Shown here one piece after another: positions 18,870 through 27,667 of a stretch of 50,830 nt of DNA. The stretch's first letter is position 1. The number at the start of each line of letters is the position of its first letter. A model generated the notes under the pieces. The model made no database searches and had not been told where the DNA came from. It worked only from the letters and a program-made list of their open reading frames with translations. This stretch comes from Candidatus Dormiibacterota bacterium (GTDB lineage Bacteria; Chloroflexota; Dormibacteria; Aeolococcales; Bog-877): positions 1 through 50,830 of the forward strand of contig JBAUWA010000007.1 of the NCBI GenBank assembly GCA_049583555.1. Direction: 5' to 3'. The position numbers and the translations under genes are program-made.

Positions 18870-18871
18870 AG

Positions 18872-20098
18872 TTACGCCCCCGCCGCCGGAGCGCTGGCCT
18901 GGCGGGAGAGCTCAAGACCCAGGGCTTGGGCGGCGTCGGCGAACGCCTGGAGGGCCCGGTCCAGCTGCTCTTTGGTGTGGGCGGCGGTGACGATGGTGCG
19001 GACCCGGCCCTTGTCCCGGGCCACGGTCGGGAAGCCGATCGGCGAGACGAAGACCCCCCGCCGGCGCAGTTCCTCTGCTAGTGCGACCGCTCGTTCGGCT
19101 TCGCCGACGATCACCGGCGTGATGGGAGTCTCACTGGCGCCCGTGTCGAACCCCAGCTCGGCCAGGCCCGCCTTGAAGTGGCGGGCGTTGTCCCAGAGCT
19201 TGACCTGGAGCTCGGGCTCGCTCTGCATCACATCCAGAGCCGCCATGCAGGCCGCCACCACGGCGGGGGGGTGTGAGGTCGAGAAGAGGAAGGGACGGCC
19301 CTTGGTGATCAGGGTCTCGCGAAGATCCTGGGAGCCGGCCACATAACCGCCCAGTACTCCGACCGCCTTGCTCAGCGTCCCCACCTGGATCTGGACCCTG
19401 CCCTCCAGCTGGAAGTGGTCGACCGAACCCCGACCGTTGCGCCCCAGGACTCCCGAGCCGTGGGCATCGTCCACCATCACCGCCGCGCTTCCGGCCTCCG
19501 CAAGGTCCACGATCTCGCGCAGAGGGGCGATGTCTCCGTCCATGCTGAAGACCCCGTCGGTCACGACCAGGATCCGCCGGGCACCGTCGCCACGGGCCTC
19601 TGCCAGGCGCTCCTCGAGGCCGCCCATGTCCTTGTGCGGGAACTGATAGCGGCGGGCCTTGGTTAGGCGAATCCCGTCGATGATGCTGGCGTGATTTAGC
19701 TGGTCGCTGATCACCGCGTCAGACTCCTCCAGCACCGAACCCAACACGGCCAGGTTGGCGGTGAAACCGCTCTGTAGGGTGAGCGCGGCCGGCGTGCCCT
19801 TGAACTCCGCCAGTCGTTGCTCCAACTCCTCATGGATGGTCTGGGTGCCAGCGATGGTGCGCACCGCCCCGGATCCCGCTCCCCACTCTCGAGCGGCGTT
19901 GATCGCCGCCTCGATCAGTTGAGGGTGAGTGTTGAGGCCGAGGTAGTTGTTGGAACAGAGGTTGATATAGCGCTTGCCCTCGATCTCGACCTCCGAGTCC
20001 TGGGGGCTCTGCAGGACAGTGAGTGCATGCACCCGCCCCTCGTTACGGAGTTGCTGCAGCTCCTCTTTGATGCTGGCGTCGAAGTCAGTCATGTCCAA
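18872..20098 (-). CDS. kbl: Glycine C-acetyltransferase (2-amino-3-ketobutyrate CoA ligase)
   Basis: 408 aa. Belongs to the alpha-oxoamine synthase PLP family and has the PLP lysine motif (GTLSKAVG). It lies immediately downstream of tdh and overlaps it by 10 nt. Confidence 0.85.
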   Translation of the reverse strand: MDMTDFDASIKEELQQLRNEGRVHALTVLQSPQDSEVEIEGKRYINLCSNNYLGLNTHPQLIEAAINAAREWGAGSGAVRTIAGTQTIHEELEQRLAEFKGTPAALTLQSGFTANLAVLGSVLEESDAVISDQLNHASIIDGIRLTKARRYQFPHKDMGGLEERLAEARGDGARRILVVTDGVFSMDGDIAPLREIVDLAEAGSAAVMVDDAHGSGVLGRNGRGSVDHFQLEGRVQIQVGTLSKAVGVLGGYVAGSQDLRETLITKGRPFLFSTSHPPAVVAACMAALDVMQSEPELQVKLWDNARHFKAGLAELGFDTGASETPITPVIVGEAERAVALAEELRRRGVFVSPIGFPTVARDKGRVRTIVTAAHTKEQLDRALQAFADAAQALGLELSRQASAPAAGA

Positions 20099-21135
20099 CC
20101 TCCCTCCGGAGGATAGAGCACGACCTTGCCCACCTCCCCGGACTCAGCCAGCTCCGCGGCGCGCTGGAAGTTGAGGAGCGATACCCGGTGGGTGAGGATC
20201 GGGCTGACCTCGACTCGACCCGAGCTCAGGAACTCGCTGGTCTGATCCCAGGTCTCGAACTGGCGCCGGCCGGTGACCCCGAAGAGGGTTATCCCCCGCA
20301 TCACCACCTGAGTAGAGAGGTCCAATGGCATCGACCCGTCGCCCAGTCCTAAGAGGCTCATCCACCCCCCGGGGCGGAGGGTTGCCAGCGAGGCCTGGAT
20401 CAGACCGGGGTGACCGGACATCTCCAGTACCACGTCTGCCTCGTCGCCACAGGCAGCCCGCAGGGCAGACTCCAAATCCGTGATCGCGGTGGTGTCTAAG
20501 AGGGCGTCGGCTCCCATCTTTTCGGCGATCGCAAGACGGGCGGGCACCCGGTCCACTGCCACCACTCGCCGCGCCCCTTCCGCCTTGGCGATCCCCACCG
20601 CCGCGCAGCCGATCGGACCGCTGCCGGTAACTACGACCATCTGGCCTTCTAGGTTGCCCTGAGCGGCGGCGTGAACCGCGTTGCCCATGGGCTCCTGGAA
20701 GGCAACCACCGCCGGATCTAAGCCGGCCGGTGCCACCCGGCAATTGCGGGCGGGCACCACCACCCTCTCGGCGAACACCCCGTCGACGTCAACACCCAGG
20801 ATCCGGGTGTTCTCGCAGACGTGGAAGTCGCCTCGCAGACACTGAGGGCAGGTGAGGTCCACCAGATGGCTCTCGACTCCCACCAAGTCGCCGACTCGGG
20901 GTGTTACCACGCCATCGCCGACGGCCAGCACCAGTCCCGCCATCTCGTGGCCCAGGACTCTGGGAGGGTGGACCCGCTTGGCGGCCCAGGGGTTCCAATC
21001 CAGGATGTGCAGGTCGGTGCCACAGATCCCCGCCGCTACCACCTGGAGCAGGGCTTCCCCCGCCTGGGGTTCGGGCTCGGGAACCGTTTCCCAAGCCGCG
21101 CCCGGCCCGGATCGGGTTTTCACCACCGCTCGCAA
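20089..21135 (-). CDS. tdh: L-threonine 3-dehydrogenase (zinc-containing medium-chain dehydrogenase)
   Basis: Carries GICGTDLHI, GHEMAG and a Rossmann GSGPIG. TTG start at 21133-21135 with an AAGGAGGTGG SD upstream. It is paired with kbl. Confidence 0.85.
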   Translation of the reverse strand: MRAVVKTRSGPGAAWETVPEPEPQAGEALLQVVAAGICGTDLHILDWNPWAAKRVHPPRVLGHEMAGLVLAVGDGVVTPRVGDLVGVESHLVDLTCPQCLRGDFHVCENTRILGVDVDGVFAERVVVPARNCRVAPAGLDPAVVAFQEPMGNAVHAAAQGNLEGQMVVVTGSGPIGCAAVGIAKAEGARRVVAVDRVPARLAIAEKMGADALLDTTAITDLESALRAACGDEADVVLEMSGHPGLIQASLATLRPGGWMSLLGLGDGSMPLDLSTQVVMRGITLFGVTGRRQFETWDQTSEFLSSGRVEVSPILTHRVSLLNFQRAAELAESGEVGKVVLYPPEGGWT

Positions 21136-21165
21136 GAGTTCTCCACCTCCTTGGGCAACTACAAA

Positions 21166-21179
21166 AAGTACCCGTACTT
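21166..21179. promoter_or_regulatory. Palindrome AAGTAC-cc-GTACTT in the tdh promoter region; candidate operator
   Basis: Perfect 6-bp arms, 31-44 nt upstream of the tdh TTG start. It sits in the divergent intergenic region shared with the AsnC-RAM gene. Confidence 0.3.
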
Positions 21180-21298
21180 GAGTGCCGCCTAATCATGCTG
21201 CGCTTGACGCTTCCGCAGCGGCGCGGGATCGGATATCGTGGCTGCCCAGATGGGGTCCGCCACCCCGAGCCGAAGCCGCGAATGAGGGAGGGCCCAAG

Positions 21299-21529
21299 AT
21301 GGTCAGGGCCTACATCTTGATGACACTCGAGCCCGGCAAGGCGATCGACGTTGTCAAGCGTTTACGCAATGAGTCGGGAGTGACTCAGGTCGACGCCATC
21401 ACCGGCGAGTACGACGCCATCGCCCAGGTCGAGGCCAAGGACGTCAAGGGCATCGGCGCCTTGATCGTGAATCAGCTTCAGGGGGTGACCGGCGTGGTCC
21501 GCACCATCACCTGTCTGGCGGTGGAATAG
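21299..21529 (+). CDS. Stand-alone Lrp/AsnC-type ligand-binding (RAM) domain protein with no HTH
   Basis: 76 aa (MVRAYILMTLEPGKAIDVVKRL...GEYDAIAQVEAKDVKGIGALIVNQLQGVTGVVRTITCLAV) matches the RAM fold. A strong GAGGGAGGG SD lies 7 nt upstream. The track ORF from 21182 adds a non-homologous N-terminus. Confidence 0.7.
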   Translation: MVRAYILMTLEPGKAIDVVKRLRNESGVTQVDAITGEYDAIAQVEAKDVKGIGALIVNQLQGVTGVVRTITCLAVE

Positions 21530-21597
21530 GAGCCTCTACCGAACGGCGTCAGAGCGGCTAACGGTTCCTCTTGCCGGATAGGCGGTGATGGGTGGAC

Positions 21598-21765
21598 ATG
21601 AAGAAGGATCAATCAATCGCAGCTGAGATCGAGGAGATCCTGGACCGAGCCCACAAGGCGAGACCCAGGGCTACGCATCAGGTCCTGGAGGAGATCCTTC
21701 TCCGCCTTGCACGGGAGATAGACGCCCTTCGGCCCGGCTCGACCGGTCGCGAACTCGACGACTAG
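21598..21765 (+). CDS. Possible small protein (55 aa, helical), shorter than the ORF-track cutoff
   Basis: ATG preceded by GGTGG. Starts MKKDQSIAAEIEEILDRAHKARP... Third-position GC is mostly coding-like. No known family. Confidence 0.3.
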   Translation: MKKDQSIAAEIEEILDRAHKARPRATHQVLEEILLRLAREIDALRPGSTGRELDD

Positions 21766-21825
21766 CCGATCGTGATGGCTGCTCCAGGTGATGATTGAGA
21801 TTCGTGCGCACCCGTAAAGCCCGAC

Positions 21826-23196
21826 TCAGTTGAGGTAGGGCGCGACCCCAGCTCCCTGCTGGGCCGCGTCCATGACCACCTCGCTGACGGTGGGATGGGC
21901 GTGGATCACCTCACCAAGCTCGGCCATGGTGAAGCCGTCGGTGATGGCGACCCCGACCTCATGGATCAACTCGACGGCATGGGGGCCCATGATCGTCGCC
22001 CCCAGCAGCAGGTCGCTGCCAGCCTCGGCCACCAACTGGACGTAGCCCTCAGACTCGCCCTCGGCCAGCGCCTTGGCCTCTCCCACGAAGCGAGCCTGAC
22101 CCAGCTTGATCTCGTGTCCTTGCTCACGCGCCATGTCGGCATGGAGGCCAACGGTGGCGATCTCGGGGTAGGTGAAAATGCAGTTGGGGACTACGGTTCG
22201 ATCGATGGGGCGAATTGGCCCGTGCTCAAGCGCGTTCTCAATCGCCCTGGCCGCCTCGGCGGAGGCCAGATGGGCGAGTTGCAACCCGCCGATGCAATCC
22301 CCCGCTGCCCAGATCTTGGGATTGGCGGTCTGGAGCAGGTCGCTCACCTCGACGTGGCCCCACTGGTTGAGCTTCACCCCGGCCTCCTCCAGCCCGATAC
22401 CACTGGTCTGGGCCGCTCGGCCGACTGCCACCAGCACCAGGTCGGACTCCACCTGGGCGCCGCCGGTCAGCACCGCCCGCACCTGGTCCTTGCCGTACTC
22501 AAGCGACTCCACCGACGACTCCAGATACACCTTTACCCCGTCCGCCTCCAGGAGTCGCTGGAATTGCTGGGCTGTGCGCCGGTCCACGCCGGTCAGGAGC
22601 TGGGACAGCAGCTCAACCACCGTCACCTCGGTACCGAGGGGGGCGAAGAGGCTGGCGAACTCGCAACCGATCACCCCTCCCCCGATGATGAGGAGTCGCC
22701 TCGGTATCTGCTCCAGGGTCCAGACGCCGTCGGAGGTGATCACCCGTTCCTGGGCCATGTCGATTCCCGGCAGGCCGGAGGGTTCGGTCCCCACGCACAG
22801 CACCAGCTGGTCGTACGGGAAGTTCTCTCCCCCCGCAACCAGGCCATCGCCGGAGAGCCGCCCTTCGGTGCTCACGACTTTCACCTTGTGTCGCTGGCAG
22901 GCCGCCTCCACTCCCCGTCGCATCCGCAGGACGATCTCGTCTTTGCGCGCCTGCATCCTTGGGAAGTCGAAGCTGAGCTCACCGACTTGAAGGCCGAAGT
23001 CGCCGGCATGCTGGATCTTGCGGGCCAGCGCGGAGATCGCCAACAGCGCTTTGCTGGGCACGCAGCCGCGATTCAGACAAGTGCCGCCTAGTTCCCGGCG
23101 CTCGATCAGGACCACTTCGGACCCCAGTTGGGCGGCCCGCAGCGCCGCGACGTCTCCGGCGGGTCCTCCCCCCAGGACCACCACTCTTGGGCTCAA
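21826..23196 (-). CDS. lpdA: Dihydrolipoyl dehydrogenase (E3)
   Basis: FAD motif GGGPAGDVAALRAAQLG and redox disulfide GGTCLNRGCVPSKAL. Its ATG overlaps the odhA-like stop as ATGA. Confidence 0.9.
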   Translation of the reverse strand: MSPRVVVLGGGPAGDVAALRAAQLGSEVVLIERRELGGTCLNRGCVPSKALLAISALARKIQHAGDFGLQVGELSFDFPRMQARKDEIVLRMRRGVEAACQRHKVKVVSTEGRLSGDGLVAGGENFPYDQLVLCVGTEPSGLPGIDMAQERVITSDGVWTLEQIPRRLLIIGGGVIGCEFASLFAPLGTEVTVVELLSQLLTGVDRRTAQQFQRLLEADGVKVYLESSVESLEYGKDQVRAVLTGGAQVESDLVLVAVGRAAQTSGIGLEEAGVKLNQWGHVEVSDLLQTANPKIWAAGDCIGGLQLAHLASAEAARAIENALEHGPIRPIDRTVVPNCIFTYPEIATVGLHADMAREQGHEIKLGQARFVGEAKALAEGESEGYVQLVAEAGSDLLLGATIMGPHAVELIHEVGVAITDGFTMAELGEVIHAHPTVSEVVMDAAQQGAGVAPYLN

Positions 23197-26100
23197 ACGC
23201 CGACCACGGCGCCAGATGGCGGTGAGGCCGGCAGGCCCGCGAAGGCCAGCTCCAGGACTCTCTCCTGGTCCACCAGGTGTGAACGCATCGAACCTTCGGC
23301 GGGGGCGGCGCGCTGGCTCCGCCCCGCGTAGCCGAGTTCAATTCCGGCCGGCAGCAACTCGGGTAGGCGTTGGGCCACGAAGGAGAAAGCCCCCATGTTG
23401 CGAGGCTCTTCCTGCACCCAGAGAACCTCCTGGAGGGCCGGATAGCTGTTCAGCAGGCGGCGGAGCTGAGGCTCCGGGAAGGGGTAGAGCAGCTCCAAGC
23501 GGGTGGTGGCGACCCCGGTGGCTCCCAGCTGTTGGCGCCGGGCGGCGAGTTCATGGGAGATCTTGCCAGTGGAGATCAGCAACCGCCGAACCTGGGCGTG
23601 GTCAGTCGAGGTGTCGTCCAGGACCGGTTGGAACTGACCCTGGGCGAGCTCCTCGGGGGGCGACGACACCGAAGCCAGCCGCAGCCCGCTCTTGGGAGTG
23701 AAGAGGACCAGGGGACGGCGCTCCCCGGCCAGCGCCTGGAGCCGGAGAATGTGGAAGTACTGGGCCGCTGTCGAGGGATACGCGACCCTGATATTTCCCT
23801 CCGCCGAAAGCTCCAAGAACCGCTCGATCCTGGCGCTGGAGTGCTCGGGCCCGCTGCCCTCGTAACCGTGGGGCAGCAGGAGGGTGAGCCTGGACTCCTG
23901 ATTCCACTTGGCCTGACCCGCGACCACAAACTGATCGACCACCACCTGGGCGTTGTTGAAGAAGTCGCCGTACTGAGCCTCCCAGAGCACCAGCGCGTTC
24001 CGGTCGGTGATGCCGTACCCGTACTCGAATCCCAGCGCCCCCATCTCCGAGAGTGGGCTGTTATAGAGCTCGATGGCCGCCTTGGCTCCCGGGAGGTGCT
24101 GGATCGGGGCATAGCGCTCCCCGGTCTTGGTGTCGGACAGCATCAGGTGGCGCTGGCTGAATGTCCCCCTCACCGTGTCCTGGCCGGTGAGCCTGCTCGA
24201 GACCCCCTCGGTCAGCAGCGATGCCAGGGCCAGCGACTCTGCCTGGGCCCAGGTCACCCGACCTCCGACCTCGAAGGCACGGGCCCGCTGCGCCAATTGC
24301 CTTGTCAGTTTGGGGTTGAGGTTGAATCCGGAGGGCAGCCTCACCAGCTGGTGGTCAAGCTCGACCAACTCTGGCAGCGGCACCTGGGTTTGGGCGGATG
24401 GGAGCTCGCTCTCCTCCTCCATGGTCCCGGTCGGCTGGGCCGCCTCCAACAGGGCGCCACCCTGCTTGATGGTCTCGGCGTGGGCGTCCGCCATCTGCTG
24501 GTAGGCCCGCGCCTGCTCCTGCTCCACCTCCTGACCGGAAAGCAATCCTCTGCCAACCAGCTCCGCACCGTAGAGCTGGACCACCGGAGGGTGGTGCGCG
24601 ATGCGCTCCATCATCAGGGGCTGGGTGTAGGCGGGCTCATCGCCCTCGTTGTGGCCGAAGCGGCGATAACCGATTAGGTCGATCAGCACATCGCGATGGA
24701 AGGTCTCGCGATAACTCACCGCCAGCCTGACCGCATCCAGCGACGCCTCCACGTCATCGGCGTTGACGTGGATGATGGGGATGTCGTAGCCCTTGGCCAC
24801 GTCGCTGGCGTAGCGGGTGGAGCGCCCCTCGGCGGGTTCGGTTGTGAAGCCGATCTGGTTGTTGTCGATGATGTGGATGGTGCCCCCAACCCGGTAGCCG
24901 GGCAGGCTCTGGAGGTTTAGGGTCTCGGTGACCACCCCCTGACCGGTGAAGGCGGCATCGCCGTGAATCAGCACCGGGACCGCGATCTCAGTGTCCTGGC
25001 TGATCTTGGCTCCCTCACGGCGGGTCTGAAGGGCCCGGGTTCTTCCCTCGACGACCGCGTCCACCACTTCGAGATGGCTGGGGTTGTGGGTCAGGGCGAT
25101 ACCGACCTCGATCCCGGAGGCAGTTTTGTAGCTGCCCTCGGCTCCGTAGTGGTACTTGACATCGCCGGTGCTGGCCCCGCCCAGATACGCGCCGCTCTCA
25201 AACTCAGCGATGATCTCGCCTAGCGAGCGTCCCACTATTCGAGCGGTGATGTTGAGACGGCCGCGATGGGCCATCCCCAGGACCACCTCGCGGGTTCCCG
25301 ACTGGGCCAGGAGATTGATCGTCAGCTCCAGCATGGGGACCAGCGCATCCAGACCTTCGATCGAGAAGGTGTGCTGGCCTAGGTAGGTCTTGCGCAGGAA
25401 GCGCTCAAAGGCGTCCACCTCGGCCAGGCGCCGGAACAGCTGCAGCTGCTGCTCGGGCGAGAGTGGAGGCCGGTCGACCCCGGACTCAATCTGCTTGCGG
25501 AGCCACACTCGCTGCTCGTGGCTGGAGATGTGCTCGATCTCGTAGGCGATGGTTCCGCAGTAGGTCGCGCGCATGTGGGGCAGCGCCTCGGCCAGGGTGT
25601 CGCCGGGCACCATCACCCGCATCATCCAGGCGGGTACCGCAGCCATCAATTCCGGAGTGAGCTTGACTGTCTCCGGCTCCAGCGCCGGGTCCCCGGTGGG
25701 CTCGCTCCCCAGCGGGTCGAGATGGGCCGCCAAGTGGCCGTGGGTACGGTGGGCTTTGACCAGAGACATGCCCGCCGCCACCGCGTACATCAGCTCCTGG
25801 TTGGCGGGTAGATTGCTCCCCGCCGGTGTCTCGACCGGGCGGACTGCAGGGATGGGCAGGGGTGGCAGCTCCAGCGCCAAACTCTCGGCGATCACCTCGT
25901 AGAAGCTGTCAGCGCCGGCCAGCAACTGCTCGAGGCGGCCGAGCAGCATCCCCGACTCCACCCCCTGGATGAGACGGTGGTCGTAGGTGCTGGTGAGGGT
26001 CATCACCGGGGCGATCCCCAACTCGCGGGCTGATTTCGGGTCGATCCCGGTCAGGCCGGCGGGTCTGCCGATCGCCCCCATCGCGACTATGGCCGACTGC

Positions 26101-27428
26101 CCAGCCATCAGCCGGGGAACGGAGGCCACTGTCCCAACTCCCCCTGGATTGGTAAGGGTGATGGTGGCGCCCTCCAGGTCATCGACCTGCAGGCCCCCGG
26201 TCCGCGTCTTGGTCACCATCTCCTCGTATCGCTCTCGGAAGGCAGCAAAGTCCAGCTTTTGCGCCTCCTTGATCACCGGAACCAGGAGAAAGCGCCCGCC
26301 TTCTGCTCGCTCCAGGTCCACCGCCAGACCCAGATTGACGTCCGATCGCACCACCCGCTGCGGAGTGTCGTGATCCCTGGCAAAGCTGCTCGAGAAAACC
26401 GGCATTTCGCGGGCCGCCCAAGTGAGGGCGAAAGCGATCAAATGGGTGTAGGAGAGTTTGACCTCAGGCAGACGGCCAGCGAGGACCTGGTTGAGCTGCG
26501 TTCGCCTGGCCTCCATGGTCCCCACTTCGATGGTGCGGAAGCTGGTGGCTGTGGGTATCCCCAGGCTCTCCTCCATCGCCTTCACCAACGCCAGCCTGGT
26601 TCCCTTGATCGGCTGGTTGTTGGCAGTCGCGACAGCGGCGGTCTGCTGCGTGGCGGCGCTGACGTCGCCACCGCGCACTAAGCCGTCGGGTCCGCTTCCA
26701 GGCACGGTTCCGAGGTCGACGCCGTCTAGGGCGGCACGGCGTCGGGCCAGGGGCGTCGCCTCGACCTGGGCCGCGGTGCCCGGCGGGGTGGCGACTTGGG
26801 TCTCCATAGCTGGGGACGGGGCCGCCGCCGCGGTCGCTGTCCTCCCGTCCGCTGAGGCTGCTACCCGGGCCAGGACCGTCCCGACCGCCGCAGTCTCGCC
26901 TTCTGGGACCAGGATCTCGCTGAGCAACCCACTCGCCGGTGACGGCACCTCGGCGTCGATCTTGTCGGTCTGGATCTCAACCAAGGTCTCGCCGGCCCTG
27001 ACGGGATCGCCCACACGCTTCATCCAAGTGCCGACGACGCCCTCGGTCACCGACTCGCCCATCTGAGGAAGGGGAACCTCTATCAGTGCCGCCTCAGACT
27101 GCGGGCTGGGGGTCTGGGTCGGCGCGGTTTTGGCAGCCTCGTCGGGGAACGACGGCGACGCGGACTGGCCGTTGCCAGACTGCTCCAGCTCAATCTCGGC
27201 CAGACCGGCACCTACCGCAACGGTCTGACCTTCTTCGGCAAGGATCTTGGAGAGGGTGCCGGACTCCGGGGCGGGCACTTCAGCGTCGATCTTGTCGGTC
27301 TGGACTTCGACCAGTACCTCGCCCGCGTTGACCTGCTCACCGACGCGCTTGCGCCAGCTCCCAACCACCCCCTCCGTGACCGACTCTCCCATCTGGGGGA
27401 GGGTCACCTCCAGGGTTCTCTTAGGCAC
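23193..27428 (-). CDS. Multifunctional 2-oxoglutarate dehydrogenase. Two lipoyl domains, an E3-binding domain and an E2 succinyltransferase catalytic domain are fused to a complete E1o (OdhA/Kgd-like).
   Basis: 1411 aa with two PQMGESVTEG...QTDKIDAEVP lipoyl domains, a peripheral-subunit-binding domain, E2 catalytic His (STYDHRLIQG) and TPP-dependent E1o domains (GMAHRGRLN..., ...HGDAAFTGQG). Confidence 0.9.
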   Translation of the reverse strand: MPKRTLEVTLPQMGESVTEGVVGSWRKRVGEQVNAGEVLVEVQTDKIDAEVPAPESGTLSKILAEEGQTVAVGAGLAEIELEQSGNGQSASPSFPDEAAKTAPTQTPSPQSEAALIEVPLPQMGESVTEGVVGTWMKRVGDPVRAGETLVEIQTDKIDAEVPSPASGLLSEILVPEGETAAVGTVLARVAASADGRTATAAAAPSPAMETQVATPPGTAAQVEATPLARRRAALDGVDLGTVPGSGPDGLVRGGDVSAATQQTAAVATANNQPIKGTRLALVKAMEESLGIPTATSFRTIEVGTMEARRTQLNQVLAGRLPEVKLSYTHLIAFALTWAAREMPVFSSSFARDHDTPQRVVRSDVNLGLAVDLERAEGGRFLLVPVIKEAQKLDFAAFRERYEEMVTKTRTGGLQVDDLEGATITLTNPGGVGTVASVPRLMAGQSAIVAMGAIGRPAGLTGIDPKSARELGIAPVMTLTSTYDHRLIQGVESGMLLGRLEQLLAGADSFYEVIAESLALELPPLPIPAVRPVETPAGSNLPANQELMYAVAAGMSLVKAHRTHGHLAAHLDPLGSEPTGDPALEPETVKLTPELMAAVPAWMMRVMVPGDTLAEALPHMRATYCGTIAYEIEHISSHEQRVWLRKQIESGVDRPPLSPEQQLQLFRRLAEVDAFERFLRKTYLGQHTFSIEGLDALVPMLELTINLLAQSGTREVVLGMAHRGRLNITARIVGRSLGEIIAEFESGAYLGGASTGDVKYHYGAEGSYKTASGIEVGIALTHNPSHLEVVDAVVEGRTRALQTRREGAKISQDTEIAVPVLIHGDAAFTGQGVVTETLNLQSLPGYRVGGTIHIIDNNQIGFTTEPAEGRSTRYASDVAKGYDIPIIHVNADDVEASLDAVRLAVSYRETFHRDVLIDLIGYRRFGHNEGDEPAYTQPLMMERIAHHPPVVQLYGAELVGRGLLSGQEVEQEQARAYQQMADAHAETIKQGGALLEAAQPTGTMEEESELPSAQTQVPLPELVELDHQLVRLPSGFNLNPKLTRQLAQRARAFEVGGRVTWAQAESLALASLLTEGVSSRLTGQDTVRGTFSQRHLMLSDTKTGERYAPIQHLPGAKAAIELYNSPLSEMGALGFEYGYGITDRNALVLWEAQYGDFFNNAQVVVDQFVVAGQAKWNQESRLTLLLPHGYEGSGPEHSSARIERFLELSAEGNIRVAYPSTAAQYFHILRLQALAGERRPLVLFTPKSGLRLASVSSPPEELAQGQFQPVLDDTSTDHAQVRRLLISTGKISHELAARRQQLGATGVATTRLELLYPFPEPQLRRLLNSYPALQEVLWVQEEPRNMGAFSFVAQRLPELLPAGIELGYAGRSQRAAPAEGSMRSHLVDQERVLELAFAGLPASPPSGAVVGV
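26853..27398 (-). repeat. Intragenic tandem duplication encoding the two lipoyl domains of the OdhA-like gene
   Basis: Two segments of about 216 nt each (about 27183-27398 and 26853-27068) are clearly related. Antisense track ORFs translate both as ...TSASILSVW(I/T)ST...SPALT(G/C)SPTR...PTTPSVTDSPI. Confidence 0.6.
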
Positions 27429-27478
27429 CGAATCTCCTGGCTGAACTGCAGGGCCCCCGGAGATCGGGCGGCCCCTTT

Positions 27479-27497
27479 GCTAACCAGTTCGGTTAGC
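27479..27497. promoter_or_regulatory. Perfect inverted repeat GCTAACC-agttc-GGTTAGC in the odhA/nrdJ divergent region
   Basis: 7-bp arms with a 5-bp spacer. It lies in the 239-nt leader of nrdJ and upstream of odhA. No U-tract follows, so it is more operator-like than terminator-like. Confidence 0.35.
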
Positions 27498-27667
27498 TCT
27501 GTATGAGATTCTAGGCGAGGCAGGAGATGCCCCAGCCAGGGGCTTGACTCCGGGCAATAGAAGGCCCAAGATATTGCGCCTAGGGCCTGCGGCGACCACC
27601 ACATGTTGTCCGGCAGCCACCTAGGTTTACCTCAATACCCCAATCGTCCTGCCAGGAGGAAATCCCA

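Noticed and set aside
27429-27667. Possible NrdR box (CACATGTTGT) or cobalamin riboswitch in the nrdJ leader
   Set aside because: The candidate lacks the AT-rich centre and the tandem spacing of NrdR boxes. No B12-box-like GCCACTG core is present. A covariance-model search is needed before claiming either.
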